This document shows positions 39,001 to 49,342 of a stretch of DNA of 64,000 nucleotides, piece by piece (within the stretch, counting starts at the first letter, position 1; every line of letters begins with the position of its first letter). Below the pieces are notes generated by a model that saw nothing but the letters and a program-made list of their open reading frames with translations, was not told the origin of the DNA and ran no database searches. The stretch lies in the NCBI GenBank assembly GCA_010909165.1, contig VJWM01000016.1, forward strand, positions 744,001-808,000. Direction: 5' to 3'. The translations under genes and the position numbers were made by a program. Origin of the DNA: Anthoceros angustus. Its lineage: Eukaryota; Plantae; Anthocerotophyta.

Positions 39001-39695
39001 CCAGTAAGCCTAAGCCCGACACCACACTGGCAGTCAGACTCCGTAATCCCATCACCTCGTGGTACTAGACCCCAAAAAACACAAACCCCACCTCTGGATC
39101 TTCAACGGACACCTTCTGCCACTCAACAAATCCCGAAACCACATCCTCACACCGAGAACCCAGCAGCTGCCTACCCTCCAACTTCAGGATCCGACCCACG
39201 TTGGTAGCCTCCGCGGATGCCCTGAATTCAACCCACATCCAGACCCTCCCACATGAAAAACAAATTCACCCACACACACATCCACACACATACAAACATA
39301 ACCACCGAGCTTACTTACAACGAGGGCACCCAAGCGGGCGGAGGCCCCTGCTCCGCAGAATTCCAATCCCGGAAGCTGCACGAGTAGAGCAGGCGGTGCA
39401 AGGCGAAGGGATGCGAAGGCCGCAGCAGGAACCGCGAAATACTCCTCCACACGGCGGGGGGCTCAGCCGGGCCCGCACGATCCAGCACCCGGTGCAAGGC
39501 CTTGAGCACGAGCTGGGCTTGGCCATGCTCCAGACCACATCGAAGCAGATGCTCCAAGCGCACCCCCGGCAGCCGCAGCTGCAGCACGTCCCACCATGGC
39601 TCGGCCGAGGCCATGGCCATGGCCATGCTCGCAGGATGAGGATGAGGATCAGGCTCCCGTCGCTGCTCCTGCTCCCAGGCTGCGCCAAGTGCCAT
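36014..39695 (-). CDS. AAE17: Acyl-activating enzyme of the AAE17/AAE18 clade (acyl-CoA synthetase-like), probably peroxisomal
   Basis: N-terminal [23 protein letters not shown]...GPPPAWVP, internal [63 protein letters not shown] and [10 protein letters not shown]. The last exon is [21 protein letters not shown]...QTKSSL*. I cannot separate AAE17 from AAE18 by eye. Confidence 0.9.
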
Positions 39696-42600
39696 GCCAG
39701 GCCAGCATGGACACCGAAGCTGACCCACTCCACCTCACTTTCCTAGCAACAAAGTGCTGCACTGCACTGCACTGCGCTTCACGCTCCACGCTCCACGCTC
39801 CCAGCATGTATGTACGTACGTACGCGTACAGTCCAACCGTGTGTATGCATGTATTCAACCGGTAGGTGGAGTAAAGATAAAGGAGGCCAGTGAACGAGAA
39901 TTGGTGCAGGTCAAATGAAAGGAAGTGCAGCGTATGTACGTACGTACAGTAAAGCGTTGCGGTGGTGGGCCCGGGTTCCGAGTTAGGGCAAAGGCGCAAG
40001 AGACTCGAGACGCGGCCTAGAATATCATATGATATAGGGCAGGCGGAAAAGTAGGGTGTCAGAGTGGGGGAAAGGTGGAAGCGGCCACTTTTGCTGGCGA
40101 CCGAGAGGCGTGGCTGCATCTGCCACCGTCCGACCGTGGGTCGGGCCCGGTTCCCGAGCCCTAACCCTGATCCCTGCCGGATTCTGCCTGTCAGCCGTAC
40201 GCCTGCCATAGCCAGAGAGCCAGAGAGCCAGAGCCCGAGCCCGAGCCCGGCCGTGGCATGGCACCATGGCATGGCCCATGGCCAGCTGCAGGGCATCGAA
40301 GCACGCGAAGCAGGTCATGATGCCTGCGGTGCTCACGGCGGGGTCACTGCTCCCCGAGGGCGAGGCAAGAAACGGCAGCAGGGAACCAGAATGCAGAGCT
40401 CGGATTATCACTGTGTCTTGGGGAAGGGAGATGGGACCGAGGCGTCGGGATTCACGTCCCGACGGAGCCGTGTGATTATGGCCCTGCTGCCTTGCGGTTG
40501 TTGCAGTTCCACCTCTCATGGCCGCGGGATAGGGTCAAAGGGCATACAGGGTGTGGAGTGTGGAGCATGGTAGGGTAGGGCAACGAAGGGTTCTTGCTTT
40601 GCTTTCTTTTCCTCCCGCCTTTCTCTTTTTCCTTTCGGTGGGTGAGTACCGGGTACAGCAGCGTCCGTGTGGAGTGGTGCTCTTATCCGAGTGAAGGGCA
40701 GGGTACTGGCCAGGTGGTTGAGACCCGGTCCCTGCGGTGGATCTGGTCGCATGGAGGTGTATGGCTTTGCAAACGCACTTACGCACAGTGATGTTTGTCG
40801 GTCCAATGAGGGAGTGGAGGCGTCGTCGCTCGTAAAACAGTTATGACGACCCCGCCACCGGGCGGCCCATACATGAGATTGATGAGGAGGCAAACGGAGA
40901 TGCAGGATGGAGCTCTTTATGGTTCTTTTGTTCAGCTGTGTGCAATGGCGATGGAGCGAGAAAGAGAGAGACGTGGGTTGGTGGGCTTGGCTCCCACATC
41001 TCAACTAGAGGACTGTATCACCATACAATAGTGTTTGTGACATTGTGTAACCTGGTCAGCGTTGGGGCCCGGAAACGACAACGGGGTTCCCGGAAGAATG
41101 TCACAGCGCATCACTGTGACGAGCGCCAAGCATGTGGCTCTCACACTGTCTCCACGATAGAGCGCAGCCGACACAGAATCTTTTGATGGCATGCTCGCCC
41201 CGGCCCATCGGCCCCATCCCTGCTCCCCCTGAAAGCAGCGCTGGCATTTTTCTCCCGGGTATTACCTCCCTTGTTTGTAAGTATCTTTGCATCATGCCTC
41301 TCCCTCCTTTCTAATTTCCTTTGCCGAAAGTTGCTTGCTTCCTGCATTCTTCTACATTCTCAAGACCCTTCCCTTTGTCTCGAGAGTCGCAGGTGCCTTC
41401 GGTCGGGCTGTCTCCTAGAAAACCAAGGAAGAACGAGGTTCAAGGTGGCACAGAGCACCACACACATTCACGCGAGCAGCTTCTGCAATATTGTACATGG
41501 GGACATGCCACATGGGGCATGGCGCATGGACAGGGTAGGGAAGGGCAGGGCAGGGAATGACGATGAGTCGATGACGCGCGCATCCAAAAGCGGCGTTTGT
41601 TGTTGAGCGGCCAGGAAGGTCAGGGCAGGGCAGGGCGTGGCGTGATGTGGTGCGTGATGTTGCAGAGGGTAGCTACTAGCGGAGGCTCCATGGAGCACAC
41701 TCCACAAGGCTGGCTCCCGAGGAGGCGGGGACGGAACTCCGGGGACCGGGGACAGGAGATAGGCATCATCGGTTGGCACAGAGCGAACGGCGTGGCGACG
41801 TGTGCGTCCTCAGATGGGAGTCGTGGGCGGTCAAGGAGGAGAGAGCGGGGTGCGGGACTCGGGAGAGGGGGGAACTGATGAAGCGAATCGGGGATCGGGA
41901 TCGGGATTGGGCAGAGCAGTAGCAGAGCAGGAGCAGGAGCAGAGCGGCGCTAACATCCACGCTCCTTGCAGAAGGCGAGGAGGCGAGCAGAGTCCCAGAG
42001 GCGGCCCCTCCCTCCAATTCCAGCTTCGCGACAGAAGCGCCTTTCCGCTCTGGTGAGCTGGTGCGACAGTGCGCAGGATTGCATGTCAGAAGGGCTGTAC
42101 GTGGCCTTGAATGCCACCACCCTCTGCCTTTATGTGTAGCAGTTGGGCATACATAACCCAATGACTCCCAATAACACAAGCCCTTCGCCCCGCGGCCCCC
42201 GCCCCGGCCATGGAATTAAATGATAGGCACCTGCTATTCCCGGCTTCCCCCCCACGAGCATCTGCCCTAATTTTCCGAGCTGCTTTCCTCACACAGCACA
42301 GCCTGCGAATGATCGGATTCGGCGGCATCTGCTGCTCTGCCCAGCCCCTGCCATCCTATAGCCGCTAGTGCGGCCAGGACTGCACTTTTGGCCATTCCGC
42401 ACCACCGGCCTCATATCCCGCTGCAAAGCCGCTGCTACTTTTCGCACATTCATTTCCGCTGGGGCCTCTGCCAGCCGGCGCCTGGTGCGTCGTCCTCCTT
42501 GCTCCCTGCTCCCTGCTCCCTGCTCCCTGCTTCCTGCTCCCTGCTCCTTGCTCCTGGCTCTGGCTCTGGCTCGCTGCTAGACGTCCATGGCGAGGTGAGC

Positions 42601-43796
42601 TTTACCTACCACCTCGCTCCACTATTACTGCGCCTTTTACACCGCGCAAGGACACTTACGTGTACCACACCTCCTTCGTACATACGTTGTGCTGGCGGCA
42701 GCAGCAAGCTCTGCAACAGCGGCAGCAGGGCATGTATGTCGTAGATAGTTACCTGCCGCGATGATGCTCTCTTCTGTTCCGCCTGCCTGGCTGCGATGTG
42801 ATGAGCAGCGCTTCATGCATCCGATTCCTCCCAGGCGGCCAGGCCGGGCCAGGCCAGGCTCCAAAATATCGCCCTACCCTGCCCTGCCCTACCCTGCCCT
42901 GCCCTGCCCTGCCTGCCCCGCTCCTGCGTGTGACCGTGCTCACGTCCACACCAGCGACCGACTTCGGCCCACACGGCTCCGGTGTGAACAGGGATGGACC
43001 AGCAACGCGACAAACGCCATGTGCCGCTCCAATTCACGTCTCGCTCGCTTCACATGTGCTCCACCGTCTCACGCTTCCGCGCACCTAATCTATCACCTTT
43101 GCCTCCCGATTAGCAGGCAGCCTGGGGGAATGGAATACTCTACCTATTACCCCCGCCTGTCGCCTCCCCTCCGCACGGGCAGCGGGCAACGGGCAGCGAG
43201 CAGCGGGCAGCGGGCACCTGCCCGGGGCAGCGGCGGGTCCCGCGCTATGCCGGACTCTGCTCTGCCTTCTGGGGACCACACACACTCGGGAGCTGTGCTG
43301 CTCTGCGCTGTGATAGCAATCCCACTCCCCCGGGCCCCGCTGCGCACCTTGTGGCAGGCAGGCGACACGAACGTCTTGGACCAAGTGGCCGATTTCGGCA
43401 TTTGGATTACGGGACCGGGGATGCGGGTGTGGCTTACGGGCTCCAAACATCTCAAGTCCTTTACTTTTAAGTATATATAATACAGAAGGGAGGGAAGGAA
43501 GGAACGGACGAAGGTGAGGAGACGGAGCAGGGCATAAGCAGAGTACGCGTACGTCACTGTCTGGCCCACAAAGGCCCGGGAAAAATTTATTCTACGCTCG
43601 CTACGTGACAGAAGGTGAGCTGGAATCGAGCATGGCGTAGGTAGCCATCCCACTTTTTACCCCTCCACCACCAGGATAAGCTACCTCAGCCTCTACTCCG
43701 CCCTGCTGCGCTCTGCTTGCTTTGCACCGAGCAAGAGGGCACTCCAGCCCCCTTGTTTAGAGAGGGGGCACACTGATTCTTTCTTCACAGACTGCA

Positions 43797-45778
43797 TCAA
43801 GTCGCTCCTCCTTTCCATAGCTTCGGGCTATTCCTCGGAGCTGCACATCCATCGGCCACACACACTCAGATATCACTTCTCTACTGTTTGAATGCATCAG
43901 CCACAACCCTTGACGACCAACTAAAAATACTCACGGATGCAGGCCGCCTCTGACCGCTTCATGATGCGCAGGCGCTTCACAGATGCAATGAATAGGCTGC
44001 AGCAACCGAAACCGCAACCCAAACCGAAAAAACATCAGTATCTTGTTGGCAGCATGCCATCATCCAGCGTAGCTAAGCATACAGACGCATTCCTCTTCAC
44101 TTACGTCCAAGGCACATCTCCGACCAACATCAAGTCCCCGTCTTGGTCTTCGTAGGTGAGCACATACTCCGAACCCTGAAGCAGCTTCAATGGCTTGCCA
44201 TCACCTGTGGCGCTTTGCTCCACTGCACGAACCAGAGACGTTCTTAGCATCACCCCCACCTCACCACCATCGTCGCACATGACTACAAGGCAACCACCCA
44301 GCACGCAAACCCTACCGTAGCGAGTGAACATCTCCTCCAGCACCACAGACAGCTTCTCATAGCAGCTGTGGATCCTCAGGTCCACCTTCCGCCCGAACGG
44401 AATCCCGTCCATGTACACCTTCACGAAGCAGTAGTTGGACGACACCGCCGTGGGGGAAGGATTGCTGCTGGCCCTCGGCCCCGCCTCCCCGGAAGGCCGC
44501 ATCACCTTAGGCAAGCCCTCCAGGACAGGCCTGGGCACAGCAGGACTGGCCAGCGTCGCCTTGCCTGGCGAGGCCGAGGCACAGAGGCTCTCTCCCCCCT
44601 TCAGAGGCGGAGGACTAGGCACACTGCTCTTCCTAACCGCGCGTACTGGCGGCCATCCGACCACAGGCGCCGATCTGCATCCAATCCAATCACTCCGCCA
44701 TCAGCTCCATTACAATTCCCAACAAACCCCACCCCAAGAAACCACTATCATGCGGCCGGCCATACCTGCCAGCAGGAGACGCAGCCGCCTCGGAAGAAGG
44801 AGCAGCAGCCTTCCTTCCACTCTCGACCGTGGAACCCTCGGAGGCGAAGGCGCTGCACTGGGCGGAAGTGGGAGTAGTGTCCCCCCCGCCACTTCTTGGC
44901 ACCCTGTTGTTCTCCCAAGAGAAGCTCATGTCACGGTGGCACATGCTGCCCCCTTCCCCGATGAACTTGGCAGAAGAAGGCGCCTCCAGAGGGGACTTTT
45001 GAGACGGAAAAGGCCCGAACGAGCCCGCCGACTGCTCCAGGGCCTGCCACGGAGGAGGCAGACTGGGGACCCGGAAACCCGACGGATACTTCCCGCTCCC
45101 GGGCTTGCCATCCGCATCCCCCGGCCCGGCCCCGGCTCCGCCGAGCTTGGCGGCCGAGAAGCCACTGAAGAGCGAGGGGAAGCTAGGGCGGCCATCGCTG
45201 CACTCCTTGTGCCCGCCGTGGTCAGAGAAACAAGGCGACTTCATGCCAAGAGCCGTGCTCCCCGCGAGGCCGTTCCGGGCCCGGAGCTCCCCGGCCTCCC
45301 CTGCACCACTCCCATTCCCATTCCCGCTCCCATTGGTAGCTTCAGGAAACGAGCGCTTAGCCTCCATCGGATCCGACAGAGAGCGCTTGGATTCTGACAA
45401 GCCACCAATGGCCTCCGAAAACCCCCGCTTCGCCCCGGCCTGCATGAGGCGGCCGTCCTCCCCCGCCGGGGGCGGCCCCAGCGGCCCCAGCCTCAGCTCC
45501 GTCTCCCGCATGTTGAGGTTCGAGTCCGTATCCAGCGCGTCGTCCCCCTTCACCTCGCTCCTCTCCTTCTCCTCGGCCGGCGCCGACGACACGTCCGACA
45601 TGTAGTCGTGCTCCGCGAGCCCCCGGCCCCTGTGCTCGTTGTTGAGTCGTGCTCCTCCGCCACCAGCTCCTTCTCCACCATCACCGCCTGCGGGAGACCT
45701 CGTGCGGCCCCTGCCCCGCCCCCGGCCCCGGCGCAATGCCGGCAAACGGACTCCACACCCGACCTCCCGTGAAGCCAT
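43797..45778 (-). CDS. IAA: Canonical Aux/IAA auxin-response repressor, 5 coding exons
   Basis: Exons 45778-44766, 44674-44316, 44204-44105, 43996-43935 and about 43839-43797. Motifs: AEHDYM, domain I ETELRLGP, KR motif AKRGFSE, degron VVGWPPVR (GWPPV at 44644-44658), and PB1 FVKVYMDGIPFGRKVDL...[34 protein letters not shown]. Confidence 0.95.
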
Positions 45779-46584
45779 GCCCGTGCCCGTGCCCGCCCCC
45801 GAGCGACAGATTCCGCGCCTGGATGAAGTTGTCCCCGGACGACATGGACGCCTGCAAGGCGCTGTACCGCTGCTGCTGCGCGGAGAGCGAGAACAAACCC
45901 CGGGGATGCGGGTGCTGCGGATGCGCGGAAGAAGCGCAGGACGCGTTGTGCAAGCTCTCGCTCTCCAGCCCGGACTCGGACGAGTACACTGCAGAAGGCA
46001 TTGGCAAGGCCTCTACGCCCAAGACCTTCCTCCTCCTCTTCCCCTACCTCCCGCCTCCGCCTCCTTCCTCTCTTGCCGCAACCAGCATTCGCTTCTCCGC
46101 ATCCAGAGCATGAATAAATGCGGCAATGCGCAGCGGCCACCGCATCTGCTTCTTTCCAAGACAGCGGCAGCTGCCAGGCTCAAATGCGCCGTGCTGCGGC
46201 TCCTGCAGCGGCAGCGGCAGCGGCTCCAGCTCGCTGTGCGTCCGTCTCCGGCGCCAGGCCCTGGCGGCCCGGCAGGCGCAGCAGCGCTGCGGGCACGGCC
46301 ATGGCAGGCGACAGCAAAGAAGCGGCGCAGCGGGAAAGAAACGGCGCAGGCCTGGGCTGGTCTCGTCTCGTCTGGTCTGGTCTCGTCTCGTATCGCCTCC
46401 TCGCGGCCTCGCCCGGGCTGGGCGTGAATGAACGGATGTGGGGAATGTCTTGCGCGGAGGGAGGAAGGGCCCTCAGGGAGGAAGGAGGAAGGAGGGAGGA
46501 GGAAGGAGGAAGCGGGCTATAGGGAGAGGATGGATGGATAGGCGGGGTAATAAGCGGAGAGGGAGACGACAGGACTGCGTGGGT

Positions 46585-47033
46585 TGTCGGAGGGAGGGCA
46601 GGCAAGGACCCCCCGGAGCCGGGTGCCCATGGGACCAGGCGGCGGGGCATTATTATTGACGCTCCTCCGGGCCCCGGGGTATTAACAGGAGCCCCTTTTG
46701 CCGCATTATCCCCACTTATTTTAGGACTTCCGGATCCCGCGAAATCGCTCGCCTCGCCTCGCCTCGCCTCCCTACCCTTCGCTTTCTCGAAAAATGTCGC
46801 ACAGTCCCACCGGCACCGGACGGGTAGGTGGTAGGTGGTGAGTGGCCTGTCGGCCGCCTTTAATCCCATTTTTGCATTTTAATATTCCCCACCGCACCGG
46901 GCCGGGCCGGGCCCCGACACCCGGTCGCCATCGCGTCCGCGTCATGGGACGGGGAACGGCAACGGGGAACGGAAAGGGGAAGGGGCATGTGAGCGCCTAG
47001 GAGTGGACTCCCCCTCTCCTCTGCATGTGTCGG
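46585..47033. promoter_or_regulatory. Cluster of four TGTCGG/CCGACA auxin-response elements upstream of the Aux/IAA
   Basis: TGTCGG at 46585, 46848 and 47028; CCGACA at 46914. TGTCGG is the established high-affinity ARF site. Function here is inferred. Confidence 0.55.
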
Positions 47034-47590
47034 GTCTGTGTCCATCGCTCTCTCCTTCACCTTCCCGCCACCTTGCCGTGTTGCTCTGCCCCTTCGCCTT
47101 GTAGACTAGTAGTACACACTCAGCCAGCTCTCCATCAATCCACTCAAGCTTACACCAAGACGCCCTTCCTTCGGGCTTACACTAGACTCCATTCTAGACA
47201 TCGGGGGTTGCCTCGGTGAGACCAGCATTATCTTGAATTGAATTGAGTTGAATTGACGTAGTGTAGTCCTCTTTGGACTACTATCTGTATCGTGTGATGG
47301 GTTGTGGTTATTTTATTTTTTCACTTTCATGGGATTATATTCTGTTTATATATACGTAATGCTTCATGACGTTGAGTACTTGTGATCGTTATGTTTGTGT
47401 AGAAGTTTTTATTCGGATCACCTTTTACCGGTGGACACTGGCAACATAGAAGGGACAAAGAGGAGACACCAACAAACTCTGACAACGAGGGGAGACAGAG
47501 AGAAAATGTGTCATTATTGCTGGCATGTTCCAAGCGCATATTTATCCGACATCGTCGTCGTTGCACTGTCCACCCAGTTGGGTAGCCCAC

Positions 47591-47853
47591 CATGTGATAG
47601 CTGGACCGTGTGATAGCTCGACCGCAATACGATACATACGGAAAAGAAAGTGGTTGAGATGCAAATTAGACTTTACGAGAGAGAGGGAAATGTTCAGCTT
47701 CGTGCACTGTACATGGCGTCATGTGAGAGCTGGAGCTTGTGATAGCTCGACTGGAACACGCACGATACATACGGAAAAGAAAGTGGTTGAGATGCAAATC
47801 AAACTTTACGAGAGAAAGAAATGTTCAACTTCGTGCACTGTACATGGCGTCAT
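47591..47853. repeat. About 130-bp imperfect tandem duplication
   Basis: CATGTGA(T/G)AGCTGGA...GATACATACGGAAAAGAAAGTGGTTGAGATGCAAAT...GTGCACTGTACATGGCGTCAT begins at 47591 and again at 47720. Confidence 0.88.
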
Positions 47854-49342
47854 TGTTCTTGCATTCTACACTGCATGTGCCTTTATGGCTCCAAATGTTG
47901 TACAATGTTTGTACGTTGCACACGTCTCTCTGACCTGCAACATTGTTAGAAGTATATCGTTTGCTTACTATTCAATTCAATTCTCTTGGAGTATCATCTG
48001 TCCAGGTGGGTGGACTGTGAGATATCGGCATTATGTCATGTTTTACATGTGATCAAAAGAAGAATAATATTACAATAAGTTAAGTCTATCATGATGATTT
48101 GCTTGATATTTCAATTAATTTAAACGTCCATGAAAAATAAGAATTGAATCATGGTAATCATCCAATCACGATGCACCTTAAGTTTTGTGTTTTTTTCATG
48201 TTGATTTGTTGTGGATGGGACCACCCATCTCTGTATGTTACATTAAGATCAGTTTGCATTATCCAATCCAATTTTTACTTAACTAAAATGTTCATGTAAG
48301 TTCCTACAGTGTGTGTTTTTCTTGGGAGATTGAGCATAGAGTCTGTGCTTTATAGAGATATGAGCATTGGTTGGTGGCAAAGGTCACTTCAAGTTACTGT
48401 AGTATGCATAGGGTCAAGCCACAAACTACAAGCAAAAGTCTCTAGACTTCCCCCGTTTCCAATGCCTCTTACGAACTAGCGCCTCTTGCAAACTGGAATG
48501 AACATAAACGACTTAAGTTAGTAGAGTGAGGTTTTTGTTCTTTCCAAACATCTTTTAGGGTTCATAAGCCAAACCTTGTTCTGAAGGTTGTTAATAGTGG
48601 ATCTAAGGCTATTATTATTAAGTAATTTGATTTATGTGGTTATATGGAACATGTTATTGTTTATTGCAGACAAATTAGGTATAAGATATCTCTTTGAAGT
48701 GAAACTTTACTCCAGAAGAAAAAGCATGTATAAGATATGTTAGTTTTTATTGTGTCGACAAAGTATGTATAAAATATCTTATTATTATTATTTAAAACCT
48801 ATTTTAGCATATAATCTTCATATATATATCTCACAATTTCAACACCATTTCATAGTATCATAGTATATTGTTTTTCATCTATTTATATAATAGTACAATA
48901 ATTCTAAAAAATTCCAATCAAACTAAAAAAAATTACTATCAGTTATTGATGAAAGAAAGGCCAAATACAAAATATAATGCACTTATTTATTAAATATTAA
49001 TATTATTATGCATATATATGTTTAATTAACTTAGGTTAAATGGACACACATTTATAAGAATTTACTGTCAAAGAGCACTTGAATCCGTACTTAGCCACTA
49101 AAGTCCGACGCATCACGGTCGAGTTGAGAAGCACGGACGCGTGATGCGAATCCTGTCATAAGTTTTTCAAGAAAGAAAGTGAAAAAGGAAAATGCCGTCG
49201 GATTTACTCCATGCCATGAACACCTAGTGCTCAATGACTAGGGCAGCTACAAAATCGTGTCTCTCGAATACTCCACCACGTGCAACGGACACAGGCTCGT
49301 AGTCATTCACCTGCCCACCCAGAAGTTCGTTGCAGACGCCGC

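Noticed and set aside
43606-43620. TGACAGAAGGTGAGC, resembling miR156
   Set aside because: It lacks three bases of the mature miR156 sequence and no complementary star arm was seen.
39900-43700. Many 60-240 aa ORFs in the GC-rich gap, including a VADFG string in the 42761-43480 ORF
   Set aside because: High GC and simple repeats explain the ORF lengths. There are no other kinase motifs (no HRD or VAIK) and no recognisable domain.
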